Below are positions 28,230 through 38,507 of a stretch of 64,000 bases of DNA, piece by piece (positions within the stretch are counted from its first letter, which is position 1; every line of letters begins with the position of its first letter). A program made the position numbers and the translations under genes. Under the pieces are notes generated by a model that saw only the letters and a program-made list of their open reading frames with translations, was not told the DNA's origin and ran no database searches. Source of the DNA: a virus (taxonomy: Duplodnaviria > Heunggongvirae > Uroviricota > Caudoviricetes); IMG/VR virus record IMGVR_UViG_3300021400_000932, one strand, 5' to 3'.

Positions 28230-31200
28230 TTATGTGCTTGTTGTGTTTAAATTTGTAGAGGTCAAGCCAAGACCTAGGGCGGATAAAGTTGTAGCTAATG
28301 TAGCACCACCCGATGTGTTCTCAGCTTGCATAATAGCTTCAAGTACTATCAAGATTTGTGCAAGTAAAGCATTTGTCTGTACCGCAGGGTCTTTCAACTC
28401 AGCCGTGTTGTTGGTCAATGCCTTTGCAAGAGCAAGTACAGCGTCTCCGGACTCTTTCTCTTTCTCCTTACTCTTAACTGTATCAATAGCTTTATAAGCA
28501 TTCTTGGTTTCAGCCGTATAGGTAGTGTACTTGATAAATCTATCAATGACTGTATCCATAAAGGATTTCCAGTTCCAACCAGATGTAGATGAATTTTTAT
28601 TTGCATCTAATCCGAGCCAGTTGGTAGACCATTGTGTATCTATCCAGTCTTTCTTCCATGCGTCAGATATCCAAGTTTTACCCCAAGCAGTTTCAACCCA
28701 CTCTTTGTTCCAAGTAGTTTTAACCCAGTTAGCGGTCCAGTCATTTTCTCTCCAACCTTTCCACTGAGCATTCATATCCGTCTGGAAAGAATCTAACTTA
28801 TCCCAAAGTTTCTGCTGCCATGTGGGGAAGATTTCTTCCACATACTGCATTATATCGCTATCGCGTTTCCAAGTAAACTCAGAGGCCTGCTGTGCTTGTT
28901 TAGCTTCATACTGACCTTTCATTTGTTCCTCAGTAACGCCTGTGCGCTCTAATGCGGCTCTGAATTCTTCCTCAGCATTAGATTTCGTACTGAACTTAGA
29001 TACTGCGGATTGCCACCACTCGGCAAATGATTTCTGTTGTGGTTTCTCACCGAGCTTTGGCATACCACCTATTGCGGCATCCATCGTTCCCAGAATATCA
29101 TTTATCTTCTTAGCTTCCGCTTTGCGAAGACTATCATCAGAAGATATAAAACTTGTAGATGCTCGGACCTGTGCAGTAGCGGAATTAGCAATAGCATTTC
29201 CTATACTCTTTCCGACAAATCCCCAGCTATACTTAGAAGCTACTACTTTATTAGCAGTTGTTTTAAGTATCGCATTAGCGATAGCATTACTTGTGGTTCG
29301 GATTCCCCTTGTGGTCATTTTGAGTAAACCAAATCCAGAGGGGTCAGTTAAACTATTTAGGAAGTTGATACCGCCATTAACCGCACCAAAGGCAGAAGCA
29401 CCACCCATCATTTCAATTAGTTGAGGTACGGTTTCTGGGGAACTAAAATTAGTCAGATTAGAAAATGATGTAGCATTTCCTTGACCGACTTTACCCCTTT
29501 CAATGACAGCGGCTATGTCTCGCTTCTGCGCATCATACTCGGCAGCAGTAGCCGCCATATTGAACAACTTACCTACCCAAGCAAATGGGTTTAAGAAGTT
29601 TAGAATATTGCTTACAGTTTCTGCTATACCTTGTAATGCTTTCTTAGCCTCGCCTGCAAGTTCAACAGAATACTCTCTCTGAGCCATTTCGTTTGCAAGC
29701 TCTTGGTCCCACATATGTTGCTGAATAGCTCTTGCGGCTTCATTATCTAAAACATATGCAAGACCCTCATCGAGAATCATCTTGTTGATTTGCTGCATCT
29801 TCAACTGTTCATCAGAAGTAACAGTCTGCTTTGAACTCAACAAAGCCATATTCTCAGACAGAGATGCAGTATTTACCTGCATAGCAGATATAGCAGATGC
29901 TAGTGATTGAAAATCAACTCTTGCGAATGCTTCAGCAGGTATTCCAAAGGTTTCCGATAGACCCTCCGCAACTTCCATGAAGTTATCCGCATTCATCTGT
30001 TGCATCTTCGCAAGATTACTGAATAGTGCAACAAACAAACTCTTGGGGTCATTGGCTAAAATTCGTAGGAATTCAGAATTGGATGCACCTACACCGGCAA
30101 TCGACCTCAGAGCAACTAATTCATTGCTGTTACCACCAATAGCAGCAGACACTACTTTGTCAACTAATTCAGATGCTAAGTCCGGAGCAATGGCACCAAC
30201 TTGTGCCGCTACAGCGGTAAGGACTCCGGATATATTAGAAGAATCAGATATACGGGCGCTTGCCGCAATCTTGACAGAATCTTCCCACAGTTTCTTGCCA
30301 TCCTTTAAGGCACTGGATAGTCCACTGGATATGTTTCTATTGGCATATAACAAATTACTTGCAAACTGCTGTAACTGAGCATCTGCTGCCTGTATTGCAT
30401 CGGATTCGCTAAGTCCTTTGGATATACCCTGTGCAACAACCTGTGCATATGTATCAGAATAAGAAAAGAAATCCTGTGTCGGGATTGCATTTTCTAATAT
30501 AGTTGCTAAATAGGCAAACTCTTCTGCGGCAGCGCCAGATAGACCACCCTCAAGAACTTTTCCCAGATTAGTGGATATGTCTGCGGCGCTGATTACACTT
30601 TCAAGACCCTCACCGCGTAATCTGCTTGCATATGAACCAAACAGCGTTTGAACATCCGCTTTGGTGTAGCCCTGCGTAGCGGTAATAGTCTTTAAGTTAT
30701 TGTCCCAAGCAGTATACCATTCTTGTGCTGCTGCCTCCATTATTTCAAATGGTCGTTTAGCAATAGACTGGATATCTGCTTCGATTCGCTTTTGCTCGTT
30801 CTCTAAGTTTTCTCTTTGAGTTGACCAATAGCGATTTCCTGCTTTTTTGAGTGCATCCTTAAAGCCCTTTATGCCCTCAATAGCCGGAGTAAAGCAAGCT
30901 GCGAATTCCTTTAATTTGGCGGATATGACTTTAATTGCGACCAAGGCAATCAGAACTTGCGGTATAGCCATGCCCGCCGCACCGGCACCTGCGACACCGG
31001 CTGTGCCTGCAGTACTTCCTAGTGCAGTTGAACCTGTGGTAGCTAATGCGGATGTACCCACACTAGCAGCACCAGAAGCTCCTGCCGCACTCGCAGCACT
31101 TGCTGCTCCGGCACTAGCACCACCGCCACCAAACAGAGAACTAAGCAACCCAGAACCCATCTTGCCGAGTTTACCATTCTTCAGGAAATTCGTACCTTGA

Positions 31201-32291
31201 CTTAGGAAGTCAGTACCGCCCGACTTGTTCTTAAATAAATCAAACAAGTCAAATAATTCATCAAATGCAGTTCCACCCGATGAATTATTTTCGCCTTGCG
31301 GAGCTTCTGGGGTGGGTTTTTCCGCTAAGTTTGACGGCTTTGGTGGATTAGCACCTTGCGGAGCTTCCGGAGATGGTTCTTCTACCGGCGTTGGTGCCTC
31401 TATGCCATTGACAACACGAAGTAAATTAAGAATTTCAGTTACATTCGTGTCTATGCTTGTCAATAAAGTAGAATACTCACCGGATGCATTAGCAGTTTCT
31501 GCTGCAACATTGGCAGAACTCTGCGAAGCTCTATTTGTCGCATCCTGTACTTCCCTATCTTCTTGACGACCATAGTTTTGTTTAAACTTGTTCTTGAAGT
31601 TAGAGATAGCTTGGTCGAATATATCCTTTACGTCTGCATCGGTAGCATTCGGATTGTTCTGCCTGACACGATATCCTACAGCGGCTTTTGCTGCATTCGA
31701 CGCATGGTCAAATATGTCCTGTTCGACACCTTCCATAATAGAAGCAAATCTCTTGCCAATGCCAGAACGCCGGATGATAGTCTTCCCTAAATCTTTACCC
31801 AAAATAGATGGGATTTCAGAAACATTGACACCCATCTCTTTGGCAAAGTCCTGCAGAGATTTTCGAAGTTTTGTATGTAATGGAGATTCTTTAAGACTTT
31901 TCTTTAATTCATCTTGAATTCCATCTCCGAGACTTGACAGAAAATCATCTACGACGCCTTTGGTAGAAGATGAAAATGACCCTCTGCCATTCCTATCTCT
32001 CGAAAACTTGTTGGTAGAGGTGGTTCTACTGGAGGATTGATACGAACCGTTGTATGAAGCCGTTTCAGTTCTTCTTGTATCTCTCGCTCTTGCTTGTGCC
32101 TGAGCTTGTGCCGCATTTCTTGCCGCAGTCTGTGCGGTTCGTTGTGTACCCTGAGAAATCTGGCGAATTAACTGAACATCCTGCTGAATGTCCTGAAGAT
32201 TATCCAGTATGGCTGTATTATTTACAACTTTTGTGCTATTGATTTCTATGCCCCTAAGAGCCGCTAAAATATCACCATCATTGATAGCCAA
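28230..32291 (-). CDS. Tape measure protein
   Basis: 1353 aa, Ala/Gly-rich and helical with a periodic Trp C-terminal region; follows the chaperone pair. Confidence 0.75.
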   Translation of the reverse strand: MAINDGDILAALRGIEINSTKVVNNTAILDNLQDIQQDVQLIRQISQGTQRTAQTAARNAAQAQAQARARDTRRTETASYNGSYQSSSRTTSTNKFSRDRNGRGSFSSSTKGVVDDFLSSLGDGIQDELKKSLKESPLHTKLRKSLQDFAKEMGVNVSEIPSILGKDLGKTIIRRSGIGKRFASIMEGVEQDIFDHASNAAKAAVGYRVRQNNPNATDADVKDIFDQAISNFKNKFKQNYGRQEDREVQDATNRASQSSANVAAETANASGEYSTLLTSIDTNVTEILNLLRVVNGIEAPTPVEEPSPEAPQGANPPKPSNLAEKPTPEAPQGENNSSGGTAFDELFDLFDLFKNKSGGTDFLSQGTNFLKNGKLGKMGSGLLSSLFGGGGASAGAASAASAAGASGAASVGTSALATTGSTALGSTAGTAGVAGAGAAGMAIPQVLIALVAIKVISAKLKEFAACFTPAIEGIKGFKDALKKAGNRYWSTQRENLENEQKRIEADIQSIAKRPFEIMEAAAQEWYTAWDNNLKTITATQGYTKADVQTLFGSYASRLRGEGLESVISAADISTNLGKVLEGGLSGAAAEEFAYLATILENAIPTQDFFSYSDTYAQVVAQGISKGLSESDAIQAADAQLQQFASNLLYANRNISSGLSSALKDGKKLWEDSVKIAASARISDSSNISGVLTAVAAQVGAIAPDLASELVDKVVSAAIGGNSNELVALRSIAGVGASNSEFLRILANDPKSLFVALFSNLAKMQQMNADNFMEVAEGLSETFGIPAEAFARVDFQSLASAISAMQVNTASLSENMALLSSKQTVTSDEQLKMQQINKMILDEGLAYVLDNEAARAIQQHMWDQELANEMAQREYSVELAGEAKKALQGIAETVSNILNFLNPFAWVGKLFNMAATAAEYDAQKRDIAAVIERGKVGQGNATSFSNLTNFSSPETVPQLIEMMGGASAFGAVNGGINFLNSLTDPSGFGLLKMTTRGIRTTSNAIANAILKTTANKVVASKYSWGFVGKSIGNAIANSATAQVRASTSFISSDDSLRKAEAKKINDILGTMDAAIGGMPKLGEKPQQKSFAEWWQSAVSKFSTKSNAEEEFRAALERTGVTEEQMKGQYEAKQAQQASEFTWKRDSDIMQYVEEIFPTWQQKLWDKLDSFQTDMNAQWKGWRENDWTANWVKTTWNKEWVETAWGKTWISDAWKKDWIDTQWSTNWLGLDANKNSSTSGWNWKSFMDTVIDRFIKYTTYTAETKNAYKAIDTVKSKEKEKESGDAVLALAKALTNNTAELKDPAVQTNALLAQILIVLEAIMQAENTSGGATLATTLSALGLGLTSTNLNTTST

Positions 32292-32336
32292 CTGTTATCT
32301 CACCTCTTCATAAGAACCAAAGGATAGGATGAAATC

Positions 32337-32645
32337 TCATCCCATCCTCCGAACTCTACCTCTATTTTTAGCCGCCTGATTCAACTTAGATTCGCGTTCT
32401 TTGACTTCTTTCTTAAATGCCTCTAAATACTTTTTACGTATGAATATCGGCTGACCCATCAGCCATTCTGCCGATACAGCATTCTCAGAAGCCCTTGCGA
32501 TAAACAAAGTTTCATCGACTATATTTTCATATTGCCTTTGGCGAAGTTCGCTAAATGTTACAATTTCGCCATTATTTTCTAGTATTCCTGGTGTTTCTCC
32601 ACTCTCGGATATCTCCCACGGTCGGACGAAAAAACCTATCATCAA
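32337..32645 (-). CDS. Tail/baseplate assembly chaperone second ORF, possibly reached by frameshift
   Basis: Overlaps the upstream ORF in the +1 frame; no clear RBS; lies just before the tape measure gene. Confidence 0.55.
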   Translation of the reverse strand: MMIGFFVRPWEISESGETPGILENNGEIVTFSELRQRQYENIVDETLFIARASENAVSAEWLMGQPIFIRKKYLEAFKKEVKERESKLNQAAKNRGRVRRMG

Positions 32646-33384
32646 TCATTGCAATGAATGATGCATCGGTATTTCCACAAGCAGGACAAGTGCAAGAGCC
32701 GCCGGAAACCAAGCCATAATTTGTATGTTCTCTCGCAAGTTCCTTCAGTATAACATAATCTGCCGCCGACATCTCATGTTCGATGGTATGTAATACCTCA
32801 ATCGGGTTTACATTGGTATTTGTTCCGATTGCTGTTACCATATAGCAAAGACGAGCAAGTTCCTGATTACCTCTACCACTCTTGTTTTGGAACATCGCAT
32901 CCTTGTCACAGTTCAGCATGGTCTGAATAGTCTTTAAGGACAGAGTAATAGATTTATCGAAGTCAACAAACTCTTTTGCCTCTATAACTATCTTGTTATC
33001 AAAATTCGCCGGAAGCGGATTACATGGAATAGTCCTCAAATCAACTCTGTAGTTACCATCTCTGGAAACTTGATGACAATGTGTGCAGAAGATAGCATTT
33101 GCAGTATAGTAGGGACCATAGTTTAGAAATCTAAGGCATCTGCATAGCCAGTAGTAGTCAATCTCCAAGAGCTCTCTGAAATTGATTTTTTCTTCTACTG
33201 CTGTCGGTAAAATCTTGTCTAACATAACTTTGTCGAAGTCCTCTGAACCGACATAATCCAACTCTGATACAGTTGGAATACTTTTGATGGTTAAAACATC
33301 CGGAATATTAGACTTCGACTTCGAATATAGGCCTTTGCCCAGTAATTCAATTTGTTCTGACACTGTTGCCATAATTTTACACAC
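32572..33384 (-). CDS. Baseplate hub/tail assembly chaperone (T4 gp26/gp51-like)
   Basis: LRFLNYG..CTHC..VDL..CPAC..FFRP pattern. Confidence 0.7.
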   Translation of the reverse strand: MCKIMATVSEQIELLGKGLYSKSKSNIPDVLTIKSIPTVSELDYVGSEDFDKVMLDKILPTAVEEKINFRELLEIDYYWLCRCLRFLNYGPYYTANAIFCTHCHQVSRDGNYRVDLRTIPCNPLPANFDNKIVIEAKEFVDFDKSITLSLKTIQTMLNCDKDAMFQNKSGRGNQELARLCYMVTAIGTNTNVNPIEVLHTIEHEMSAADYVILKELAREHTNYGLVSGGSCTCPACGNTDASFIAMIDDRFFRPTVGDIREWRNTRNTRK

Positions 33385-33499
33385 TCCTTAACGGTTTTAA
33401 GAAATTTGATATATGTAGGGTTGTCACTAAAAGCGGAAAGTCGCAGAAAGCAACCAACCCCATGTCATTTTGCGATGCAACTATTGCATTCGTCACCTA

Positions 33500-33510
33500 T
33501 ATAAAAGGTT
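33500..33510 (-). promoter_or_regulatory. Class B promoter motif heading the tail operon
   Basis: AACCTTTTATA in the intergenic region. Confidence 0.6.
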
Positions 33511-33529
33511 AAAATAAATGAGTTAGTTT

Positions 33530-34099
33530 TTACTTTCTGCGACTTAGATAGTCGGATATTTTGGCATATTTGCCATTTGGTAATTTTATATGCTGTAGCT
33601 TGAATTGTTGACCATGCCTTACTTGTAATCTTTTCTTGATACCATTGAAATCAACGTGGTCGTCATAGTCTCTGTTTGTTACATAATTTATTTGTATGCT
33701 TGTTGGACTTACTCTTGTTATGCTCGTTACTATTGTTGGCAATGGATGTTCTGACATCATCATGCTAACATCAGCCAAAATATCATTGTTTATGTATATT
33801 TTAGAATTCTTCTTTTCTTTCTTTCGCTCTGCAAAAGTCCTGTTAGCTTCCTTCTGCTTTTCCAAATTTTCCCAAAAAGGATATTCCGCAAACTTTTGGA
33901 AGTAATAACAATTACGACTATCACAGTTATGCGACTTGAAAAGATTTTTAGTAACTACCCCTTTGTGGTGTTTGTAATGACAAAAACCGACGATATTCTT
34001 CACTCGAACATCTTTTCGTTCTCCCTCAATGGTTTTTACCGTAAGGATTGTCTTACCTTTTATTTCTTCGGCTTTTCCGGTAAAATAAATTAAAAACAC
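33530..34099 (-). CDS. Hypothetical basic protein with Cys/His motif
   Basis: 189 aa; FCHYKHHKG..HNC...C; GGAGG RBS. Confidence 0.6.
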   Translation of the reverse strand: MFLIYFTGKAEEIKGKTILTVKTIEGERKDVRVKNIVGFCHYKHHKGVVTKNLFKSHNCDSRNCYYFQKFAEYPFWENLEKQKEANRTFAERKKEKKNSKIYINNDILADVSMMMSEHPLPTIVTSITRVSPTSIQINYVTNRDYDDHVDFNGIKKRLQVRHGQQFKLQHIKLPNGKYAKISDYLSRRK

Positions 34100-34136
34100 C
34101 TCCAGTCTTATATACTATAATGTTCGATTGTTGCTA

Positions 34137-34433
34137 TTATTTAGCATAGTTTGAGAATCCACCTCGGATTTCTACAAACTTCAATGCTTTCATAGCGGAG
34201 AACTGGATTTGGAGTAACTGCTGATACTTGCTTACCAGGCATCCACCCTTTCCGATAAGATAACCAGGTCTATCCGTATACACATAATATGTACCATCGG
34301 TATAATCCAAATAGTAACCTACCGGAGTTTTTACACCAGCTTCTTTGCACCAAGCAGAAAGAACAGTATCGTGCTTTTCCTGCATAGTTCTGTAGCAATC
34401 CTCTCGCAGCTCCATGAATTCTTCATCTGTCAT
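34137..34433 (-). CDS. KH-domain protein (ribosomal S3-type KH)
   Basis: VYTDRPGYLIGKGG GxxG loop; start at MTDEE after a GAGGTGA RBS. Confidence 0.6.
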   Translation of the reverse strand: MTDEEFMELREDCYRTMQEKHDTVLSAWCKEAGVKTPVGYYLDYTDGTYYVYTDRPGYLIGKGGCLVSKYQQLLQIQFSAMKALKFVEIRGGFSNYAK

Positions 34434-34443
34434 AGTTGTCACC

Positions 34444-35148
34444 TCACTCTTCATCAAAGATTCCGCAAATGCGGGTTTGTACTGTATTGTCTATTCTCCA
34501 AATCGGGTAATCATAGCTGAAACTCAGCATAAATTCTCGACCAAGGCAATAGTTCGATTCCAAAACCGCTATACCCATCTTCCTTTGTGTGTCATTGGAT
34601 GATTCGTATGCGGTACGGAGCGGAGAAAGCAGCTCGCTATCCGACAAGATATGTTCCCCATACCTCATATATGACACAAACAGAATGTCTAACAGCATTC
34701 TAGTATCGAGGTTTATCTTCATATTCAAACGATTGGATGTCCACCAATTAAATTCCAGTTCCGGAGTGAATTTATCTCTGTTGTATGCTTTACCGGCACC
34801 AAGGAAATCGCAAAAACATTCAAGAGCATACTTCCAAGGCATCTTGATGCAGGTTGTTCCCTTATCATAATTGTCTGTCCAGTATTCCCTATGGTGCTTA
34901 TTGTGACTCTTGTGATGCATCCATGCGGCGGAGTATCCCTTGTCTTTCTTACAAGCATCAATAGGAGAACTTGTACCTACAAAGTATCTGACAGACTCAA
35001 TGAATTCAACAGGGTTGTATTTAGAAATATCGTGCATCAACCCCTGCTTGAATAGGTGTGCCTTAAAACAGAAGTGCCGAACATATTTGCGGTGTCGCAT
35101 AACTGTCCGAAGGTGCTTTATTGCCTTTTTAATTGTAAATTTATACAT
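34444..35148 (-). CDS. HD-superfamily phosphohydrolase (DUF5662-like)
   Basis: HRKYV..HDISK..AWMHHKSHNKHH..CD; likely start MYKFT. Confidence 0.7.
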   Translation of the reverse strand: MYKFTIKKAIKHLRTVMRHRKYVRHFCFKAHLFKQGLMHDISKYNPVEFIESVRYFVGTSSPIDACKKDKGYSAAWMHHKSHNKHHREYWTDNYDKGTTCIKMPWKYALECFCDFLGAGKAYNRDKFTPELEFNWWTSNRLNMKINLDTRMLLDILFVSYMRYGEHILSDSELLSPLRTAYESSNDTQRKMGIAVLESNYCLGREFMLSFSYDYPIWRIDNTVQTRICGIFDEE

Positions 35149-35362
35149 CTGTATGTCCTTTCTGCTTTTTACGCAAGTCACAGAGTTCTTTATATCTAAC
35201 CAAAGCACCTCGGAAATCTGTAGGCAGAAACCTCTCTTCACCGGTAGAATCTGAAACCACAAGTTCAATCTGCTTGGTGAAATAGTTGATATTGATATAA
35301 AGCTCTACTGAACCGAGTCGGCGCAAGCTGATTCGTTTCTTTTTGGTATAAAATACACCCAT
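35141..35362 (-). CDS. Hypothetical protein
   Basis: 73 aa with GGAGAGG RBS. Confidence 0.5.
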   Translation of the reverse strand: MGVFYTKKKRISLRRLGSVELYININYFTKQIELVVSDSTGEERFLPTDFRGALVRYKELCDLRKKQKGHTDV

Positions 35363-35412
35363 CGGTTAAGACCTCTCCATAATATAAAATTTGTAGGCTG
35401 AGGTTGTGAGCC

Positions 35413-35892
35413 TTAGCCTACATCGTCTTTGCTGTGCTTAGAAAATGCAGGTCCGGATTTACCCTTGGCAGAATGTCGGCTTTTTCCATCTACGGAATAT
35501 TCAACCATCTTCATACTTCGGAGCTTACTGATTTCATTTTTTGCTTCGGACAAGTCAATTTCAAGTAAGTCAACTCTGCCGGACAGCAAACTGATTGACT
35601 CCTTCAGTCCACGTTGTTCCTTTTTAAGTTTCTTGACCTCTGCGGTGGCGTCGATGTATCTATTTTCTCGGAAGAATGAAAGCACAAGTCCAGAAACCGC
35701 TACTGCAGTCCCTAACACAATCATTACGGGAGAATGGAACACACAACCGAGAACCAGGCAGATGGAACCCAAAAGGATGAACAGCAGTCCGTTTGAAATC
35801 TTGCCAAACAGGTAGTAGACAAGCATCCCAAAAGCATGCTTAATTTTAGATAATGGTAGTTTGGATATGATGCTTGATAATGTCTTTTTCAT
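35413..35892 (-). CDS. Two-TM coiled-coil membrane protein
   Basis: Hydrophobic hairpin followed by heptad repeats; class A motif upstream at 35942-35951. Confidence 0.6.
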   Translation of the reverse strand: MKKTLSSIISKLPLSKIKHAFGMLVYYLFGKISNGLLFILLGSICLVLGCVFHSPVMIVLGTAVAVSGLVLSFFRENRYIDATAEVKKLKKEQRGLKESISLLSGRVDLLEIDLSEAKNEISKLRSMKMVEYSVDGKSRHSAKGKSGPAFSKHSKDDVG

Positions 35893-36180
35893 AGTAGTTG
35901 CCTCTTTCTTTTATTTTGTAAGTAATTTATCTTACATACAATATAACGATTCAAAAATAGAAATCGCATCAAACACAAAATGCCGGTCAACCAAGCGAAC
36001 GGCGAAAACTCTTGGCGAACCGGCACAATGCGAAAGGAGGAAATAAAATGAAAAAGCGAACCATATGTTCCAGCCTGCAAACATATAATCCTAGAGCTCA
36101 CACCCTATCTATCCCACAGTAATATATAAGGTTAAAAATAAAACTGCGTAACAATCTTAGATTGCCACGCAGTCTGTCGC

Positions 36181-36459
36181 TTATGATTTTTCCCACTTCT
36201 CAACCTTTTGGTAGATATCCTTATAGACATCGCTTTGTCTATCACATTCTTCGATAATAACATTTCGATTCACGCTATGGTCATCAGGGCCGAACACCTT
36301 ACCGCATACAGGACAAGTAAACTGAGTTTGGTATAACTCATAATCATACACAAGTTCTCTATCGCCGATGTCCCTACCATTGAACCATCGTTCACAGTCC
36401 GGACATTGCACCGCAATATGCCTAATTGGGCTTGGGTCATACATAATTCGCACGTTCAT
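36181..36459 (-). CDS. Zn-ribbon protein
   Basis: CPDC..CPVC. Confidence 0.6.
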   Translation of the reverse strand: MNVRIMYDPSPIRHIAVQCPDCERWFNGRDIGDRELVYDYELYQTQFTCPVCGKVFGPDDHSVNRNVIIEECDRQSDVYKDIYQKVEKWEKS

Positions 36460-36478
36460 AATTACACCTCTATTTTAA

Positions 36479-36649
36479 TTACAATTTCAATTCCTCTTTT
36501 AGTCTTGAAAGAGAAACCGGTTTACCATCGAGCTTGAATTTGTATCCAGCTTTGCTTATGTGGGTCAATTCCTGCACACAAGGAATACAAGATTTGCTTT
36601 CTGTAACAAACCGGCATTGGTTGTCTTTTCCAAACACTTGAAATTTCAT
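36479..36649 (-). CDS. Small hypothetical protein (56 aa, not in the ORF track)
   Basis: ATGA overlap with the upstream stop; MKFQVFGKDNQCRFVTESKSCIP..AGYKFKLDGK. Confidence 0.55.
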   Translation of the reverse strand: MKFQVFGKDNQCRFVTESKSCIPCVQELTHISKAGYKFKLDGKPVSLSRLKEELKL

Positions 36650-37062
36650 ATCAGGTATTCTCCTACATATTTGGCGGCCGATTCTAATGTGTCAAAGACT
36701 TTAAGACAGCTTTCTACAAGCCACGGATGAAGCTCATTGTGTGCTTCATTGATTCCGACAATCGGTATGCGGTTTTCTCTTGCTACCGCAATTTCATATG
36801 CTGTGCCTATACTTTTCGGAACATTGAAGTTGGCTACTACCACATCGGAATGTCGAAGTCTGTATAAATCATACTCAAATGCTTCCTTTTCCGATTCGGG
36901 CATTTTGTCTTCATAGTTGTAGTAGTAAGGTGGAATAAAGCACTCTATATGATGTTCGGAATAAAACCCATCAGCAAGGTGCTGAAATTTGATTCTCCAA
37001 GCTAATTGTTCATCAAGAGAAAGATTGGACATACCACCACTAAGATATATGTATTTAGTCAT
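36646..37062 (-). CDS. Nucleoside 2-deoxyribosyltransferase-like / NMP N-glycosidase
   Basis: IYLSGGM..DLYRLRHSDVVVA..SIGTAYEIAVA. Confidence 0.75.
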   Translation of the reverse strand: MTKYIYLSGGMSNLSLDEQLAWRIKFQHLADGFYSEHHIECFIPPYYYNYEDKMPESEKEAFEYDLYRLRHSDVVVANFNVPKSIGTAYEIAVARENRIPIVGINEAHNELHPWLVESCLKVFDTLESAAKYVGEYLI

Positions 37063-37279
37063 TGTACTTCTTACATTCCTTCCTAACTCGATTCTTCACA
37101 GAATTCGATATATCATTAGGTCCTGCTTTGTAGCAATAACAAGTAGTGCCATCATCATATCTTGATAATCCGGTTATTCCCATGTAAAAACAAGCTACCT
37201 GTGGTTTATCACCCCAGCCAATGGTCGCCATCTGCCAAGCATACATACAGGACAAACACTGTCGTTTATCCTTTATCAT
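37055..37279 (-). CDS. Cys-rich hypothetical protein
   Basis: 74 aa with CxxC. Confidence 0.5.
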   Translation of the reverse strand: MIKDKRQCLSCMYAWQMATIGWGDKPQVACFYMGITGLSRYDDGTTCYCYKAGPNDISNSVKNRVRKECKKYND

Positions 37280-37448
37280 CGGACAACATATTGCCTACAG
37301 GCTGTGCCAATAAACATACAGCAATAGCATTAGAACTGTAAATCCTGTTCCCTTGCCGGTAGGTATTACCGAAGTCTTTCTCTCCGATGCCACCGACACA
37401 AATAGGAACTTTACAGTTCTTTTCTTTCATCAAATTTATATCAATCAT
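37266..37448 (-). CDS. Stand-alone C5-methyltransferase variable-region repeat
   Basis: GGIG..QGNRIYSSNAIAVCLLA resembles repeats in Bacillota phage Dcm variable regions. Confidence 0.4.
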   Translation of the reverse strand: MIDINLMKEKNCKVPICVGGIGEKDFGNTYRQGNRIYSSNAIAVCLLAQPVGNMLSDDKG

Positions 37449-37454
37449 TTGAAA

Positions 37455-37817
37455 TCAGTCTTTCTTAGCCTTAGCGCGTTCCGCTACAGCAGCTTTTGCG
37501 GCTTCTTTTGTTGAAAATAGTCGCTCTGGGATATCCTTTACAAGAATTTTAGCAGAACCACCGGACGGTAATCTCACAAGAACATATGATTTTCTATATC
37601 TGCTTGGTTCATCATGGATATGAACAGCAATAACACGACACTCCTGGACAAAACCATTCAGAAAAGCATCACAATATGCTGTAGAACCAAGTTCAACAGG
37701 AAGTTCTACAAGACAGGTTTTATCTTTGAATTTTGTACAGTTGATTTCTTCTGAACCACAGCCAGTCATAATACGAGAATGGCAGATATCATAGAAATAG
37801 CAATCCTTACAAATCAT
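37455..37817 (-). CDS. Hypothetical phage protein
   Basis: CKDC..LVELPV..FSTKEAA; paralog-like to the next ORF. Confidence 0.55.
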   Translation of the reverse strand: MICKDCYFYDICHSRIMTGCGSEEINCTKFKDKTCLVELPVELGSTAYCDAFLNGFVQECRVIAVHIHDEPSRYRKSYVLVRLPSGGSAKILVKDIPERLFSTKEAAKAAVAERAKAKKD

Positions 37818-37838
37818 TGTTTCCTCTCATCCAAAGCC

Positions 37839-38201
37839 TTAATTGTTCCAGAGGTATCTTTCAAATTCTGCATCGCTGCCGTAAACATCATCGAATATGC
37901 TGTCGCCGTTAATTTTTGCTAATGCGGCCTCAGCATCATCTTTGGTCAAGAATATAGTTTTACCAAAATTCTTGATAACTCTTTCTATATTAGAATAGGT
38001 CAGATAGTATGACTGGATGTATCTGTAAGTTTCATCCTTGTTCGCTTTCTTCTTTTCCACGATAGCGAATATCTTCTCGCCTATTTTACAAGGCAGTTTG
38101 ATGAAACAGTTGATGTCGATAAACTCTTGGCAATCAGAATACTCAGGTATCGCACCAACAAGCGCACAAACTGAATTATGAACGCAACAATCGCATCTCA
38201 T
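37839..38201 (-). CDS. Hypothetical phage protein
   Basis: KLPCKIG..GKTIFLTKDDAEAAL, a common Bacillota phage family pattern. Confidence 0.6.
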   Translation of the reverse strand: MRCDCCVHNSVCALVGAIPEYSDCQEFIDINCFIKLPCKIGEKIFAIVEKKKANKDETYRYIQSYYLTYSNIERVIKNFGKTIFLTKDDAEAALAKINGDSIFDDVYGSDAEFERYLWNN

Positions 38202-38473
38202 ATGTTATCCCTCTGCTTTCGTTCTGATTCTAACGATATTGCATCATCTCGCAACTCGCCGAACCCATATTCAAAATAACCGGATTCAGAAGAAATCTGG
38301 TCTACAACATCTACGCAAGTTATGCATAAATATGAATTATTCACTGTGCCACCATCGGCAATAGTAGAAAATTCCATAGATGTACCGGCAGGAAATGTCC
38401 TACCACACCCAAAGCAAGTGTGTGGTTTCCTTGTTTTTACAAGTTTTTGAGTCAATACATCCATTTGGCACAC
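38198..38473 (-). CDS. Zn-binding hypothetical protein
   Basis: KTRKPHTCFGC..CITC. Confidence 0.6.
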   Translation of the reverse strand: MCQMDVLTQKLVKTRKPHTCFGCGRTFPAGTSMEFSTIADGGTVNNSYLCITCVDVVDQISSESGYFEYGFGELRDDAISLESERKQRDNI

Positions 38474-38507
38474 CTCTTCATATCATATAACGATTCTTAA
38501 AATGAAA

